This document shows, one piece after another, positions 39,701 to 50,852 of a DNA stretch of 64,000 nucleotides (the first letter of the stretch is position 1; each line of letters starts with the position of its first letter). The notes beneath the pieces are model-generated. The model worked only from the letters and a program-made list of their open reading frames with translations, made no database searches and had not been told where the DNA came from. Source of the stretch: Candidatus Eiseniibacteriota bacterium (GTDB lineage Bacteria > Eisenbacteria > RBG-16-71-46). The position numbers and the translations under genes were made by a program. Location: NCBI GenBank assembly GCA_044223005.1, contig JBGAML010000012.1, positions 1-64,000 of the forward strand. The letters run 5' to 3'.

Positions 39701-42613
39701 AGCGAGGACGCCGAACTGACGCTGCAGGTGCTGCGCGCGCAGGAGTACTGGCGGCTGCAGGGCCTCCGCGCGGACGTGGTGATCCTGAACGACCACGTCG
39801 AGAGCTACCTCGACGAAATGCACGAGCAGCTCGAGGCGCTGCTCGAGCAGGGACCGTGGGCCGCGTGGAAGCACCGCCCCGGGGGCGTGTTCCTGTTGCG
39901 CGGCGGTTCCGTCGCCGGCGCCGAGCGCACGGTACTGCTCGCCTCGGCGCGCGCCGTGCTGGACGGCGAGGCGGGCGACCTCGCGAGCCAGCTCGCAAGG
40001 CCCTACCCCGAGCCGGAGTGGCCCGTGGCGGTTCCCGATCACATCGGGGTCGGCAGTGCGGCCACGCGCGATCTCGGGCGCGACGTCGCGGTGCCGGAGC
40101 TGACGCACCCGAACGGGTTCGGCGGGTTCGGCGCCAGCGGCCGCGAGTACGTCGTCGTACTGCGGGGCGACGCCGATACGCCGCTGCCATGGGTCAACGT
40201 GATCGCGAACGACCGGTTCGGCACCGTGCTCGGTTCGACCGGCGCCGCGTGGACGTGGGCCGAAAACAGCCGCGAAAACCGGTTGACGCCGTTCGGCAAC
40301 GATCCCGTCGGCGAGTTCAGTGGCGAGGCCGTCTACCTGCGCGACGAGGACCTGGGCGAGACGTGGGGCGCCACGGCGGGCCCGCTCCCGCGCACGCACG
40401 CGAGCGGCCTCTGGGTCACGCGGCACGGCGCCGGCATCACCACGTACCGGCACCGCGCGCACGGCGTGACCAGCGAGATGGCCGTGTTCGTGCACGCCCG
40501 CGAACCCGTGCGCCTTTCGCGGCTCACGCTCACCAACCACACCTCGATCGCGCGCCGGCTCAGCGTGTTCGCGTACCACGAATGGGCGCTCGGCCCGCCG
40601 CGCGAGGGCGAGCAGCGCTTCGTGGTCACCGAGCGCGATCCGGAGACGGGCACGATCCTCGCGCTCAATCCCCACAACGTCGCCTTCGCGCCGCGCGTGG
40701 CGTTCGCGGGCAGCAGCGTGCGCGCCGCGTCGGCGACCGGTGACCGGCTCGAGTTCCTCGGGCGGAACGGCTCGCTGCGACGCCCGGCCGCACTCGGCCG
40801 CGTGGAGCTCGGCGGCCGGTTCGGCGCGGGGCTCGATCCCTGCGCGGCGATGCAGGTGCGCGTGGATCTCGAGCCGGGCGAGACCCGCGAGATCGTGCTG
40901 CTGCTCGGCCAGGGCGACGATCGCGCGCACGCGCTGGAACTCGTGCGGCGTTTCGCGGCCACGCCCGCCGCCGCGACGGCGCAGGGCGAGATCGAAGGGC
41001 AGTGGGACGAGCTGCTCGGCACCGTGCAGGTCGAAACCCCGGACGACTCGTTCGACCTGATCATGAACCGCTGGCTGCTCTACCAGGCGGTCAGCTCGCG
41101 GCTGTGGGGCCGCACCGGCTTCTTCCAACCGGGCGGCGCGTACGGTTTCCGTGACCAGCTTCAGGATGTGCTCGCGCTCGGGCTCGCGCGGCCCGACCTG
41201 CTGCGCGAACACCTGCTGCGGTGCGCCGCGCGGCAGTTCGTCCAAGGCGACGTGCAGCACTGGTGGCTCCCGCACACGGGCGCCGGCGTGCGCACGCGCT
41301 GTTCGGACGACCTGCTCTGGCTGCCCTATGCGGTCGCGCACTACGTCCGGACGTCGGGCGACGTCGCGGCGCTCGACGTGACGGTGCCGTTCCTGGAGGC
41401 GCCGGTCCTCGCGACGGGCGAACGGGAAGCGTTCGGTTCGCCGGACGTCTCTTCGCAGCGCGGCACGTTGTACGAGCACTGCGTCCGAGCCCTCGAGCAC
41501 GGGCTGAACGTGGGCGCGCACGGCCTGCCGCTGATCGGAACGGGCGACTGGAACGACGGCATGAACGCCGTCGGGCAGCGCGGGCTCGGCGAGAGCGTGT
41601 GGCTGGGCTGGTTCGTCGCGCAACTGCTCGGCGAGTTCGCGACGATCGCCGAGACCCGCGGAGACGACGCCCGCGCCGCGCGCTGGCGCAGCGAGCGCGG
41701 GCGGCTCGCGGAGATGCTCGAGCAGGCGTGGGACGGCGACTGGTACCGCCGTGCGTACACCGACGAAGGCACGCCGCTCGGCTCGGCGCAGCTCGCCGAG
41801 TGCCGGATCGATTCGATCGCGCAGAGCTGGGCCGTGCTCTCGGGCGTGGCTCCGGCCGCGCGCGCCGAGCGCGCGATGGACGCCGTGCGCATGCAGCTCG
41901 TCCGGCGCGATCCCGGCGTGATCCTGCTGCTCACGCCGCCCTTCGACCAGTCCGCGCTGGATCCGGGCTACATCCGCGGCTACCTGCCCGGCGTTCGCGA
42001 GAACGGCGGCCAGTACACGCACGCCGCGCTTTGGACCGTGATGGCGATCGCGCAACTCGGCGACGGCGACGAAGCGGTCGAGATGTTCCACATGCTCAAC
42101 CCGATCAACCACACGCGCACGCCGGCCGACGTGGACCGCTACCGCGCCGAGCCGTTCGTGATCGCGGCCGACGTCTACACGCGCGCGCCGCACGCCGGGC
42201 GCGGTGGCTGGACCTGGTACACGGGCTCGGCCGCGTGGATGTACCGGCTCGGGCTCGAATCGATCCTCGGGCTGCACCTGCGCGCACCGCACTTCGCGAT
42301 GGATCCGTGCATCCCCGCGGCGTGGGACGGATTCCGCGTGGACTGGAACCACGGCGGCTGCCGCTACCTGATCGAGGTCCGAAACCCCGAGCGCCGCAAC
42401 CGCGGCGTGGCAACCGCGCTCCTGGACGGCGTCGCCGTACCCTCGGGCGCGATCCCGCTCGCGAGCGACGGCGGCGAGCACCGGGTCGTCGTGACGCTGG
42501 GCGAGCCGCGCGGCGACACGGGCGGTCCGACCGCCGACGCCGATGCCCTGAGCGCCGAGCCGGCGCGCGACTCCGTCGGGCGACGAGTGCTGCCGCGACG
42601 CCATCGGGGGTGA
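33701..42613 (+). CDS. ndvB: Cyclic beta-1,2-glucan synthase (GT84 plus GH94-type phosphorylase); true start probably 200-300 bp downstream
   Basis: [86 protein letters not shown]. Confidence 0.95.
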   Translation: MTGHAPRHDRCWACLELADRDESPTRSAARGISGGFFFPHRARPSRRTARVPTARIESPNRCRSRNPRGPFRKAGAPLRPAPRPPPLVVSGPPGGAPPAAGLDASPLHGELLGVERLEERARALAAEFTVSRDPRRVPPRLLRRLADDARVLRMAYRTLSGDVRRGEPCTPAAEWLLDNFHLIEGELREIRSHVPSRYYRELPKLVSRSRAGTARVYAMAVELLRYSDARLDAQRLDRFMNAFQSVAPLGIGELWAWPSMLKLALIDHLRRLSEELLESRAGRRDADRYFELFESTRPNGRPPPVPAVLPVAFVDRLLLRMREYGAGASELRKQLEARLEGVGATVEDAVRAEHQRRAMNHVSMGNSITSLRLCATLDWNEYVENASLVEQVLRRDPAGIYARMDFASRDRYRHAVEAMAEPTGEAQVRVALRAVESARQAAEAPGADPRRTHVGYHLIGGGRREFEIDVASRRPPRVRFQRALHAHATLFYLGSIALLTAIGTAAAVAVVRAAAAPRWMGIAAAAIALIPASEFAVSLVNRIVHRITAPVPLPRLDLRGGVPDEARTMVIVPTLIASVDGVRTLLEHLEVHALGNRDANVHFALLTDFPDALQEHRPGEDLVLAAAVAGIEALNARYAPGTNDRFHLFHRARQWNGSEGVWMGWERKRGKIEEFNRLLRGATDTGFVVRVGDPSILPGVRYCLTLDSDTRLPRDAARRLIGVIEHPLNRPRFDPRLGRVVEGYGILQPRVSVTMASAAGSLFARAYSGHTGIDPYSTTVSDTYQDLFGEGSFSGKGLYDVDAFQASLEDRVPENALLSHDLFEGLYARCALVSDVEVVDDFPSSVLAHARRQHRWVRGDWQVLFCLLPVMPTRHGLERTRLPLISRWKVLDNLRRSLLAPAMLALLVAAWTWLPGSPLGWTLAALAVFGFPLLPALVHLAGGPGPQQPLAVFLHDVQEELQSAAAQVLLQVTLLAYHAYEMVHAIALTLIRTVITQRRLLEWETAAAGAARAAGLLARHGSRVFAVEMWAGPAAALVVLAGMLPAGRNALPVALPFLLAWLVSPLVAWWLSRPVVPRRLVPGAADVQQLRRIARRTWHYFECFASEDEHGLPPDNVQEDGEPRIAHRTSPTNIGMGLLSTLAAHDLGYLDSAALATRVERTLGTVERLERHAGHLLNWYDSRTLAPLSPRYVSTVDSGNLAGALMALAAGLREKATAVEDGVALCAGAIDTAAVLGDVVSALARGGHVNSTRRRFAAAAKRDLDALRARLAEDAPVRYRLEIARQDAIALRPGLAAAMASASESDADAVDEWARRLDAALAGTPDSVAPSDELRDHLLDLARRCDTLADGMEWKFLYDVSRGLFSIGWRPPDAEGPGRVDTSYYDLLASEARLASFIAIARDEVPQEHWFRLSRALVRVEGCTTLVSWSGSMFEYLMPLLLLRSHPETLLENACRALVRAQVRYGRRHGVPWGISESAYDVQDVHGTYQYRAFGLPGAGLKRGLAEDLVIAPYATALAAVVDPVAAAANFRRIAREHAIGPHGFLEALDYTPRRTAGPDGGTVPDPRRLHPVRACFAHHQGMSLLALASAVLGAPMVRRFHSDPRVQATEPLLQERVPHHVPVVRARPPETTRAEPVTDEVTPRRYRSPHTRYPATHFLSNGRYTAAVTHAGGGASTWRGLAVTRQREDATTDPGSQFVYLRDVRSGLVWSAAHHPVGREAERYRVVFEADQALFERTDDGIETRMEIVVSPEDDVEIRRVTLVNRGDRLREIEVTSFVEIVLAPPADDLAHPAFHKLFLETEYLPECTALLCGRRPRSSDDVTPWAVHVISTEDGAHGAIEWETDRARFVGRGRTAEDPQSLDGRALSGTHGAVLDPILSLRRRVRIAPGERARLAFATGAAGSREAALALAEKYDDSSAAARTFALASSQTSMRLRHLGISSAEAQLHERLASHVLGTDGALRADASVLAANTLGQPGLWALGVSGDLPILVVRTVKSEDAELTLQVLRAQEYWRLQGLRADVVILNDHVESYLDEMHEQLEALLEQGPWAAWKHRPGGVFLLRGGSVAGAERTVLLASARAVLDGEAGDLASQLARPYPEPEWPVAVPDHIGVGSAATRDLGRDVAVPELTHPNGFGGFGASGREYVVVLRGDADTPLPWVNVIANDRFGTVLGSTGAAWTWAENSRENRLTPFGNDPVGEFSGEAVYLRDEDLGETWGATAGPLPRTHASGLWVTRHGAGITTYRHRAHGVTSEMAVFVHAREPVRLSRLTLTNHTSIARRLSVFAYHEWALGPPREGEQRFVVTERDPETGTILALNPHNVAFAPRVAFAGSSVRAASATGDRLEFLGRNGSLRRPAALGRVELGGRFGAGLDPCAAMQVRVDLEPGETREIVLLLGQGDDRAHALELVRRFAATPAAATAQGEIEGQWDELLGTVQVETPDDSFDLIMNRWLLYQAVSSRLWGRTGFFQPGGAYGFRDQLQDVLALGLARPDLLREHLLRCAARQFVQGDVQHWWLPHTGAGVRTRCSDDLLWLPYAVAHYVRTSGDVAALDVTVPFLEAPVLATGEREAFGSPDVSSQRGTLYEHCVRALEHGLNVGAHGLPLIGTGDWNDGMNAVGQRGLGESVWLGWFVAQLLGEFATIAETRGDDARAARWRSERGRLAEMLEQAWDGDWYRRAYTDEGTPLGSAQLAECRIDSIAQSWAVLSGVAPAARAERAMDAVRMQLVRRDPGVILLLTPPFDQSALDPGYIRGYLPGVRENGGQYTHAALWTVMAIAQLGDGDEAVEMFHMLNPINHTRTPADVDRYRAEPFVIAADVYTRAPHAGRGGWTWYTGSAAWMYRLGLESILGLHLRAPHFAMDPCIPAAWDGFRVDWNHGGCRYLIEVRNPERRNRGVATALLDGVAVPSGAIPLASDGGEHRVVVTLGEPRGDTGGPTADADALSAEPARDSVGRRVLPRRHRG

Positions 42614-42832
42614 TGCGGGCTTCCGCGCCGGCCGGGTGGAGGGCCCTCGTGCGCTCCGGGTGCGCCCGGAGCGCCGCGGCTCGACGACGTTCTCTCGGAG
42701 CTCGCGCGGGTGCCGTACGCGCAGCGGACCGCGTTGCACCCGCACCCCCGGACGCCCCGCCGCCATCGAACGATCGGCACAGGCGGGCGTCTCGACCGCT
42801 CCGTGCCGGATCCGTGCCGGAGCCGGTCCGCG

Positions 42833-44998
42833 TCAGGGCATCGGCTTCTTCGGCGCCCGGTATGGGATTCCCAGCTGCGTGAAGATGAACGCGTAGATGT
42901 CCGCGACGCGCTCGTTGCGCGCGTTGAGCGGCACGCCGATGTGGCCCGTGGTCATGCTGGTGCGCAGCAGCACCGGCTTCCTGGTGCCGCTCGCCTGCAG
43001 CGCGGCGGCGAACTTGAACGAGTTGCCCGGCGCGACGCGCGGATCGTTGACTCCCGTCGTGAGCAGGATCGCGGGGTACGGCGTGCCGGGCCGCACGTGC
43101 TGGTACGGCGAGTACTCGAGCAGCGCCGCGGCCTGGACGCTGTCGCGCATCGAGCCGTACTCGGTGGTGTTGTAGAGGCCGTTCGGCGTCGCCTCGGAGA
43201 GCATCATGTCGTAGACGCCGACTTCGGAGATCACGACCGAGAAGAGCTCGGGGTGCTGCGTCAGCGAGGCGCCCATCAGCAGGCCGCCGTTGCTGCCGCC
43301 CTGGATCACGAGCCGCTCCTTCGACGTGATCTTCTGCTCGACGAGCGCCCGCGCGCACGCGGCGAAGTCGTCGAACACGTTCTGCTTGCGCACCAGCTTG
43401 CCCGCCTGGTGCCACGCGTCGCCGTACTCGCTGCCGCCCCGGATGTTCGCCACCACGTAGGCGCCGCCCTGTTCCAGCCACAGCAGCCGCGAGGCGTTGA
43501 AGTTGGGCGACTCGCTGATCGCGTAGCCACCGTAGCCGTAGAGCAGTGCGGGCGCCGTGCCGTCGGCGGCGAAGCCCTTCTTCACGAGCACGTTCATCGG
43601 GACCTTCGTCCCGTCGGCGGACGTCGCGAACAGGCGCCGCACCTCGATGTCCGAGAAGTCGGCGTTCGAGCGCATGGCGAGCGGCGTCGGCGTGAACGCG
43701 TTCGCCGCCGCGTCCCAGCGCACCCAGCGCTCGGGCTGCGTGTAGCTCTCGAGTGAGACGGCGAACGCGTCTCCGCCCAGCGCGACGAATCCGGACAGGG
43801 AACTGAGCGGCGGCACCGGCAGCTCGCCCAGCGGCTTGCCGTCCGTGCCGAAGCGGCGCGCGCCCATGGGGCCACCGAGCTGGTCGAACACGCAGAGCAC
43901 GTTCCCGGCCAGGTGCAGATCCTCGATCGCGCGATCGCTCGCGGGCACCACGACCGTGGCGTGCGCGAGATCGGGCTGCGCGAGCGGCACGCGCAGCACC
44001 TCGCCGCTCGGGTTCCGCTTGCGTGAGAGCAGGTACAGCGCGTCGAACCCGAACCGCGCGGCCGCGACACCGTCGGTGAACGAGGCGAACGGCCGGATCG
44101 CGCCGTCCTCGCCACGCAGCCACCAGCCCACCTGTCCCCCGTCGCCGTTGCGAACCGCGACCAGCATCCACTCGCCGTCGTCGGAGGACTCGAACGTGAT
44201 CTCGGCGATGGACGGCAGCTCCATCCCCATCACGTACGTGTCCTTCTCGAGCGGCTGCCCGAGTTCGTGGAACCAGACGTGCTGGAAGAAGTCGAGCGAG
44301 TCGGCCGGCGCCTCGCCCGGCGCGGGATAGCGCGTATACCAGACGCCGGTGCCGTCGGGCGTCCACGCCACGTCGCCGCCCGCGGTACCGCCGTTGACGC
44401 GCGGCAGCGTGTCCGGCAGCGCCTGGCCCGTGAGCGTTTCGTAGAAGTGCACCGTGCCCGACTCCGTGCCGCCCTTCGACAGCGACACCGCCAGGTGCCG
44501 GCCGTCGACGGACGGCTCGAAGAAGTCGATCGACGTCGCACCCGTGGAATCGATCGCGTTGGGATCCACGACCACGCGCTCGCTCGCGAGGTCGTCGATC
44601 GCGCCCAGCGCGACGATCATCGGCTGGTTACGGGGCGGCTGGTCCTTGAGTGCGAAGATCGTCGCACCGCGGCGCACCAGCTTGAAGTAGTGCGGCGCCA
44701 CGTCCTCGGAGAGCTCCGCCACGCGATCGCGGATCGCGGTCCGCGACGGGATGCGGTCGAGCACGCCGCGCGTGTAGGCGTTCTGGCCGTTCACCCACGA
44801 CTTCACCGCCGGATCCGCCCAGTTCTCGAGCCAGCCGTAGTCGTCCTTCAGCGTCTGGCCGTAGAGAATCCCCGTGACCGGCTTCTTCGCCGCGACGGGC
44901 GGCTTCGCGACGGGCGCGACGGGTGCGGCGAACGAGGCTCCGGTCGCGCCGAGGGCGACCGCGAGGGCGAACAGGGCGACACGGACGGAGCGGAACAT
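42833..44998 (-). CDS. Prolyl oligopeptidase (S9A), exported
   Basis: D.Y.WLE, GYGGY, RGG.EYG..WH, GGSNGGLL, DPRV, GH. Confidence 0.93.
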   Translation of the reverse strand: MFRSVRVALFALAVALGATGASFAAPVAPVAKPPVAAKKPVTGILYGQTLKDDYGWLENWADPAVKSWVNGQNAYTRGVLDRIPSRTAIRDRVAELSEDVAPHYFKLVRRGATIFALKDQPPRNQPMIVALGAIDDLASERVVVDPNAIDSTGATSIDFFEPSVDGRHLAVSLSKGGTESGTVHFYETLTGQALPDTLPRVNGGTAGGDVAWTPDGTGVWYTRYPAPGEAPADSLDFFQHVWFHELGQPLEKDTYVMGMELPSIAEITFESSDDGEWMLVAVRNGDGGQVGWWLRGEDGAIRPFASFTDGVAAARFGFDALYLLSRKRNPSGEVLRVPLAQPDLAHATVVVPASDRAIEDLHLAGNVLCVFDQLGGPMGARRFGTDGKPLGELPVPPLSSLSGFVALGGDAFAVSLESYTQPERWVRWDAAANAFTPTPLAMRSNADFSDIEVRRLFATSADGTKVPMNVLVKKGFAADGTAPALLYGYGGYAISESPNFNASRLLWLEQGGAYVVANIRGGSEYGDAWHQAGKLVRKQNVFDDFAACARALVEQKITSKERLVIQGGSNGGLLMGASLTQHPELFSVVISEVGVYDMMLSEATPNGLYNTTEYGSMRDSVQAAALLEYSPYQHVRPGTPYPAILLTTGVNDPRVAPGNSFKFAAALQASGTRKPVLLRTSMTTGHIGVPLNARNERVADIYAFIFTQLGIPYRAPKKPMP

Positions 44999-45356
44999 GA
45001 GGCGATCTCCTCGGGCGGCAGCGCGACGTTCGACGGATGGACCTCACGGCACGTTAGCACCCCGAACCGGTCCGTTGCGCGGTGCATGAGCGGCGGGTGC
45101 GGCCGAAGCTCGAGCCCTCGGCGAATCGAGAAGCGCGTTGCACGGCTGCCACACCCCGTGGCGAACCCGGCGCCTCCCGCGATCACCTGCGACGTGGAAG
45201 GACGGGATCGGCGCGCGTTCGAGGCCAGCACCTCGTGGCTCGCTTCGTGCAGTGACCGCCGTCGGCCCCGGAGCACCGGTCCCTCTCGAAGCACGCGTGC
45301 CCCGAGGACGAACGCTCCCCGCGTTCCACTCCGACGTCCCCCGCCGGAGGCCGCCG

Positions 45357-46565
45357 ATGCCGCAAATCTCGTTTCGCGCGATCGCGGGCACCGCGCTCGC
45401 GCTGGCGTTCGTCATGGGCACCGCGCTCGTTCCGTCGCGTGCGACTGCCGAGCCCACGCGACGCATGACCGTTCCCCCCGACACCTCGCTCACGCAGGTC
45501 CGCGCGTTCGTGTCGGCGCGCGCGCTGCACAGCCGCGTGCCGGCGTCCCTGTTGCGTGGCGGTCCGGGTGTGCAGCGACTGCTGCGCGAGCGGCTCGCGC
45601 ACGACCCGAAGTATCGCTCGGAGGATCTTCCGGCGGTTCTCGATGCGCTCCTCGCCGGCGAGGGCCGCCTCCCGATCGAAGCGAGCATCGCCCCCGGGGC
45701 CTGCGCGCACTGTCCCGCCGGCGCAGCGGCGATGGCGCTCGACGCACTGGCCGCGGGAGCGCCGGCGCTCTCGCGCGGCCCGCGGGGCCTGCGACTCGAG
45801 ATCCGGAACCTCACCTGGAGCTATCGCACGGCGACGCGAGCGGTGGGGACCCGAGCATCGGAACGGATCTCCGGCACGCAGCCGGTGCCCAATCCCGAAT
45901 ACACGCGCCTGCAGACGGAGCTGCAGATCGCACTCGCCAACCGCCAGGACGCCGAGGAGAACGACCGCAAGGAGAACGGCTTCTGGTCGGGGCTCCGGGC
46001 GATGATGGACCGCAGCATCGTCCGGGCCTGCGAGCGATCGCTGAACGCGACGTCGCCCCTCGTGGACGCGCCGATCCACGAGCGCTACGCGATCGAGCTC
46101 ACGCGCGCCGAGTCCCACGCGACGCTCTCGGCGATCGTGGCACTGCTCGATCCGCGCACCGGGCACGTCGAGATGCTGCCGGTGGAAGCGAGCCTCGACC
46201 GGCGCGCCGACGGCGTGCGGGGCGTGCGGCCGGGAGATGCGAGCGGTGCGAGCGATCTCGATGCCGAGGAGCTCCTGCCGGACGAGCGCGACCAGTTCGC
46301 GGCGGCGCTCGACACGCTGCATGCGAGCGTCGCGACGCCGGTACGGATCGCCGCCGGCCGCGCCGCGCTGCGGCGTGCCGCGTTCGAGAATCGTCGCGGC
46401 CGGGGCGCGGAGGCGCTGGGGTGGCTGCTGCTCGCGCGCGACTGCGGCGCGGACCCGCCCGAGTCGGCGGGCGTGGACGCTGTGCTGCGACGGCTCGCGC
46501 GCACGCCGCTCTCGCAACTGGCGCAGCTGCGACCGAAGCCATTCGCGCTTCCGCCCGGCGACTGA
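45357..46565 (+). CDS. Exported hypothetical protein (402 aa)
   Basis: GGAGG RBS, signal peptide, CAHC, NPEY motif followed by a coiled coil. Confidence 0.6.
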   Translation: MPQISFRAIAGTALALAFVMGTALVPSRATAEPTRRMTVPPDTSLTQVRAFVSARALHSRVPASLLRGGPGVQRLLRERLAHDPKYRSEDLPAVLDALLAGEGRLPIEASIAPGACAHCPAGAAAMALDALAAGAPALSRGPRGLRLEIRNLTWSYRTATRAVGTRASERISGTQPVPNPEYTRLQTELQIALANRQDAEENDRKENGFWSGLRAMMDRSIVRACERSLNATSPLVDAPIHERYAIELTRAESHATLSAIVALLDPRTGHVEMLPVEASLDRRADGVRGVRPGDASGASDLDAEELLPDERDQFAAALDTLHASVATPVRIAAGRAALRRAAFENRRGRGAEALGWLLLARDCGADPPESAGVDAVLRRLARTPLSQLAQLRPKPFALPPGD

Positions 46566-46593
46566 TCCGTCCCGCGGCCGCGCGAGAAGCGAA

Positions 46594-46624
46594 CCGGGGC
46601 CGCACCACGAGGGTGCGGCCCCGG
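46594..46624. terminator. Perfect 13-bp hairpin between convergent genes
   Basis: CCGGGGCCGCACC-acgag-GGTGCGGCCCCGG. Confidence 0.55.
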
Positions 46625-46690
46625 CCACGTGCCCTCGTTCGGGCGCGATCGGATGGTCACGCGGCGACGAAGGGACGGAACTCCTTCGGA

Positions 46691-47125
46691 TCAGGTGTGC
46701 ACTTTCGCCGTGGCGTGCAGGCTGCGGCCGTTGGCGAACCGCAGCTCGATTCCCGTCGTGTCGCCCTCGGCCACGCCGACGACCGCCTCCATCGCCATGA
46801 CGTGGTTGCCGCCGGGCTTGAAGAGCAGCTTCGAGTGCGGTGCGACCGCGAAGCGGTCCTTCTCGCGCATCGTCATCATGCCTTCGACCTTCACGGTCTC
46901 GTGCATCATGGACATCTGCGCGATCGGGACGTCGACACCCACGAGCACCAGCGTGTCCGGCGAATCGTTGACGAGGGTGAAATAGGCCGCGGTCGTCTGC
47001 CCCGTCTCGACCGGGCGGATCCATGGATCCTCGACCCGGACGGGCGGCGTGCCCGCGCCGCAGCCTGCCACCACCCACACGGCGACGCAGGCGACGGCGC
47101 CCGCGAGCCAGCGTTCAGAACGCAT
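46691..47125 (-). CDS. Copper chaperone PCu(A)C
   Basis: Lipobox VAGC; AAYF.L.N, HET....MM.M, PGG.HVM. Confidence 0.92.
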   Translation of the reverse strand: MRSERWLAGAVACVAVWVVAGCGAGTPPVRVEDPWIRPVETGQTTAAYFTLVNDSPDTLVLVGVDVPIAQMSMMHETVKVEGMMTMREKDRFAVAPHSKLLFKPGGNHVMAMEAVVGVAEGDTTGIELRFANGRSLHATAKVHT

Positions 47126-48053
47126 GTCCGACCTCCCACTTGAAGAGAACCGGCGCCAGGAGCTGCTCGCCGTTCACTCGATCGTGCACGGCCACGGGCA
47201 CCGACATCGTGCTCCGCCAGCCGGCGAGGTTCATGTCCAGTCGCGGCGCGACGAAGAGGCGTTCGTAGCCCGTGTCCTCCGGGTGTCCGTCCGCACCTCC
47301 GTCACGCGCGCGGATGCTGCCGAGAATAGCCAGACCCGGCGCGAAGCGTGCCCCGCCGAGCGCGAGGCCCGTCCGTGACAGCGAGGCCGAGAGGTCGACT
47401 TCGCCGCCCGGCTCGTATGCGCCGGTGAATGCGAGGGGCTCCTGCCACTGCCCCTCGAGGTACCACGTCCACCGTCCTTGCGAACCGAGCGAGCCGACGT
47501 GGTACGCACCCAGCAAGAGGTCGGTGCTGCCCGTGCCGATCTCCGTGTCGCGGTCGAAACCGGCGTAGGTCCAGTCGCCCGTCGGCAGCTTCGCGCCGAG
47601 GCTCACGCCCGTGGAACGATCCGGCGAGAACCCGGAGAACGTCCCGAGCACGCGCACGTCACCGAGGGCCCCGTGCGTGAACGACGCGAGGTCGCCGGCT
47701 TCGTCGAGCGTGTGGAAGCGCCGGTGCCACCACGGCACGGCCGCGCCGACGCTCCACGCACGATCGAACGCCCACCGCACGCGCGCCGTGAGCAGGTTCG
47801 TGCGCACGAGCTGGTCCTCGTTGTCGGCCGCGGGGGCCGACGCGGTGCCGTGCCAGTTGTGATCCTGGTCCTGGAAGTCGTACTCGAACGAGAACTCACC
47901 GCCCGCACGGGCGGGGAACGTCGCGGGGGTCCCGACTTCGAACACCCCGCAACCGCACGCGCACGCGGCCGCCTGCCGAGACGGTACACCGGTGAGCACC
48001 AGGACCACGGCCAGGATGATGCCGAGACGATGGAAGCTGCCGCTCTCGTTCAT
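47115..48053 (-). CDS. Putative outer-membrane beta-barrel with N-terminal CACGC motif
   Basis: Signal peptide then CACGCG; GD, G.KLPTG, GTGSTD; terminal F. Confidence 0.7.
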   Translation of the reverse strand: MNESGSFHRLGIILAVVLVLTGVPSRQAAACACGCGVFEVGTPATFPARAGGEFSFEYDFQDQDHNWHGTASAPAADNEDQLVRTNLLTARVRWAFDRAWSVGAAVPWWHRRFHTLDEAGDLASFTHGALGDVRVLGTFSGFSPDRSTGVSLGAKLPTGDWTYAGFDRDTEIGTGSTDLLLGAYHVGSLGSQGRWTWYLEGQWQEPLAFTGAYEPGGEVDLSASLSRTGLALGGARFAPGLAILGSIRARDGGADGHPEDTGYERLFVAPRLDMNLAGWRSTMSVPVAVHDRVNGEQLLAPVLFKWEVGHAF

Positions 48054-48097
48054 CGGATTCGTTCCTCACGGATGGAAGTGGGGCGATCGCGACGCAT

Positions 48098-50176
48098 TCA
48101 GGATTTCACGTTGAGCTTGAGCCACATCGTGCGACCGGGCTCGTGGATCCGCTCCGGACTCGCGGGGTATCCGAAGATCGAGTTGCCCGCCAGGTTGAGG
48201 TGCTCGGCGTACGTGCGGTCGAGCAGGTTGTCGACTCCGGCCGCGACCACGAAACCGTGCGGCAGGCGGCGCGCGGCGTTCAGCGACAGCAGGCCGAAGC
48301 CCGCCGTGCGCCCGAGGTCACGGCCCACGACGTTGCCCTGGTCGAGGGCGAAACGTTCCTGGGTGGCCACGAGCCGGCCCAACACGCCGATGCTCCACGC
48401 GCGGCCGTCGTCGTACGCCAGCGAGGTCCTGGACTCGAGCGGCGGCAACTGCGCCAGCGGCTTGTTCTCGGTCTGGTTCCGCCCCCACGAGTAGGCGATC
48501 GAGGACTCGAGCGTCCACGCGCGCCGGAGCCTCCACGTGGCTCCCGCCTCGGCGCCGGCGATCCGGGCGTCGACGTTGCGCGCCGCGGTGGTGGTCGTCC
48601 CCATCACCGTCGTGTACTGGAACAGGATGTCGTTGACCACGCGCCCGGCGTAGGCGGACACCCACGCGCGCGCGTGCGGCAGCGCGAACTGCGTGCCGAG
48701 ATCCAGTTGCGTCAGGCGTTCGGGCTGGATCGCGGCGAAGGCATTGACGCTGCCCGCCGGGCCCTTGGCGGGCGAAATGAGCTCCCAGTAGTCCGGGAAG
48801 CGTTCGTTGTGCCCCACCCCCGCGTAGAGCGATGCGTGCTCTCCGGCCTCGCGCTCGATCCGCACGAACCCCGAGGGCAGCTGCTTCTCGCGCGTCCGCC
48901 CGCGCGTGGGATTCGGCATCGGCGTCATGCCGGCCGTGAGCGCCCGGCGGTCCTGCGCGAGCGCGAAGTCCCAGCGGCCGCCGGAGACGACGCGCGTGGA
49001 GGGCAGCGCGATCCAGTTCAGTTCGGCGAAGCCACCGACGTCGGAGAACTCCGCGTCGTCCTTCCACGGCACGCCGAGGTAGTTCGGGCCGGCAACCTGG
49101 CGAATACGGTGCAGGTTCCACGCGTGATCGGCACCCGCGACGAGGTTCAGGTCACCGCCCGGACGCCAGGTCGTCGCGAGCCGGCCGGCCCACGTCCGCC
49201 GGCCGACGTTGCTGGTCATGGGCATCGCCAGACTGGGATTCGTGGGTCGCAGCGAGAAGTTGTCCATGACGTGATCGACGTCGTACCAGCCGAGCTGGCC
49301 CTCGATCGATTCCAGCACACCCGTGAACTCCTGCCGGGCGCGCAGCCCGATCGTGCGGCGTTCGATCTGCGTGGCGTCCATCCGGCGGCCCGCGTAGCGT
49401 GCCTCGCCGTCGCTGGTGCCGGCGTCGAGCTCGAGCCGCGTGCGCGTGGGGGCGTTCCAGCCCAGTGCACCGTCCACGGTCCACTTGTTCCAACGCGACG
49501 GCACGCGCTCGCCGTCACCGTCCTCGTAGTCGTCCTGCTGCGAGCGGCTCGCGCTCACGCGCAGGTCTCCGCGCGCCACGCCCGCCGCGAAGTCCGCCAT
49601 CTGGTCGTTGCGTCCCCACGAGCCCCCGGTGAGCGCCGACGTCACGCGCGCACCGGCAGCAACGAACGCGGGCGCCTGTCGGTCGAACCGCACCGTTCCC
49701 GCGGAGGCGCCGGGTCCCCAGATCACGGTCTGCGGTCCCTTCAGGACCGTGAGCCGGTCGAACGTCTCGGGAACGATGTACGACGTCGGCGAGTCCATGC
49801 GTCCCGGGCACGCACCCAGCATGCACGAGCCGTCCGTGAGGACGTTGACGCGCGAGCCGATCATGCCGCGAAGCACGGGGTCGCCGTTGGTGCCGCCCGT
49901 GCGAATCACCGCGAAGCCCGGGACCGTCTTCAGGAAATCGCCGCCGTCGCTGGCCGGCACCGGCTGTCGCGGCACGCGCGGATCGGTCGTGAACGTGAGT
50001 GCCGAAATGGGTGCGACCGCCGTGACGATCACGGGTTCGACCGCGACGATCGCCGTGTCCGGCCGCGCCGCCGGCGGGACCGCCGCGGCGGCCGTACCGG
50101 CCACCAGTGCGGCTCCGAAGCCGAGGAGGGCGAGACGGGTGATGCGCCGCGCCCGGTGAAAGAAGAGCTGTCTCAT
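48098..50176 (-). CDS. TonB-dependent copper receptor (OprC/NosA-like)
   Basis: PRQPVPASDG, GACPGRMD (CxxxM), DHVMDN, ERFPDYWEL, Y.EHLN..GN, EPGRT.W. Confidence 0.92.
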   Translation of the reverse strand: MRQLFFHRARRITRLALLGFGAALVAGTAAAAVPPAARPDTAIVAVEPVIVTAVAPISALTFTTDPRVPRQPVPASDGGDFLKTVPGFAVIRTGGTNGDPVLRGMIGSRVNVLTDGSCMLGACPGRMDSPTSYIVPETFDRLTVLKGPQTVIWGPGASAGTVRFDRQAPAFVAAGARVTSALTGGSWGRNDQMADFAAGVARGDLRVSASRSQQDDYEDGDGERVPSRWNKWTVDGALGWNAPTRTRLELDAGTSDGEARYAGRRMDATQIERRTIGLRARQEFTGVLESIEGQLGWYDVDHVMDNFSLRPTNPSLAMPMTSNVGRRTWAGRLATTWRPGGDLNLVAGADHAWNLHRIRQVAGPNYLGVPWKDDAEFSDVGGFAELNWIALPSTRVVSGGRWDFALAQDRRALTAGMTPMPNPTRGRTREKQLPSGFVRIEREAGEHASLYAGVGHNERFPDYWELISPAKGPAGSVNAFAAIQPERLTQLDLGTQFALPHARAWVSAYAGRVVNDILFQYTTVMGTTTTAARNVDARIAGAEAGATWRLRRAWTLESSIAYSWGRNQTENKPLAQLPPLESRTSLAYDDGRAWSIGVLGRLVATQERFALDQGNVVGRDLGRTAGFGLLSLNAARRLPHGFVVAAGVDNLLDRTYAEHLNLAGNSIFGYPASPERIHEPGRTMWLKLNVKS

Positions 50177-50394
50177 GGGAGTCCTTCAGGCCCGGGATAC
50201 GGCCAGGGCCGCCCGAGCACGGGAATGGTGGAGTTCGATCGCAGCGAATGCCCGGCGCTCCCGCCCCGAGGGAACGGGAGACGATCGAGAACGAATCGCG
50301 CCCGGGCGGCGTGACGCACCGCCGAGCGGCCACGACAGGCAGCCGCCGGGCGCTTGCGCTCAGCGCGTCGCCGGACGTGGATCGGGAGGTGGGA

Positions 50395-50775
50395 TCAGGC
50401 CGCGGCGGGACGGGGCGGCGGATCGGGCGAGCGCAGGGGGCGCGGCTCGGGGCGGCCGGGCGAGCCGGCACGCAGGTGCGTGAAGGCCTCGGGCGCGGGC
50501 ACGGGCGTCACCCCGGGCAGCTCGTAGGGCGTGACGACGGGCAGCGTGACGTCCGACCCGCGCGTGCCGGAGCAACCGGCGCAATCGAGGAGGCTGACAC
50601 CCTCGGCCGGCGCAGCCGGTTTCGGATGATGCACGCGGCAGTGGGCGCAATGACACTCGCCACAGCATGAACACGACCGCGCCGGCGTGCGCGCCCTCAC
50701 CGCCGCGAAGACCGTCAGCGGCATGGCGTCGAACATCACGAGGAGCAGCATCAAGGCGGCGAGCAGGCGGCGCAT
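50395..50775 (-). CDS. DUF2946-like Cys-rich leader protein with Pro-rich C-terminus
   Basis: Signal-like N-terminus, CSCCGECHCAHC, CAGC, ends SPDPPPRPAAA; directly upstream of the Cu receptor gene. Confidence 0.65.
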   Translation of the reverse strand: MRRLLAALMLLLVMFDAMPLTVFAAVRARTPARSCSCCGECHCAHCRVHHPKPAAPAEGVSLLDCAGCSGTRGSDVTLPVVTPYELPGVTPVPAPEAFTHLRAGSPGRPEPRPLRSPDPPPRPAAA

Positions 50776-50852
50776 GGCCGGCAGTTAACCCGAGCCGACG
50801 GTCGTGCCGCAAGCGCGGCGGCGCGCCAACCGCCGCCGCGTGGATCGGCCCG

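Noticed and set aside
33437..42766. 3179-aa minus-strand ORF
   Set aside because: Antisense shadow of the glucan synthase in high-GC DNA; Arg/Ala-rich with no motifs. Only its last 69 codons look like a real gene.
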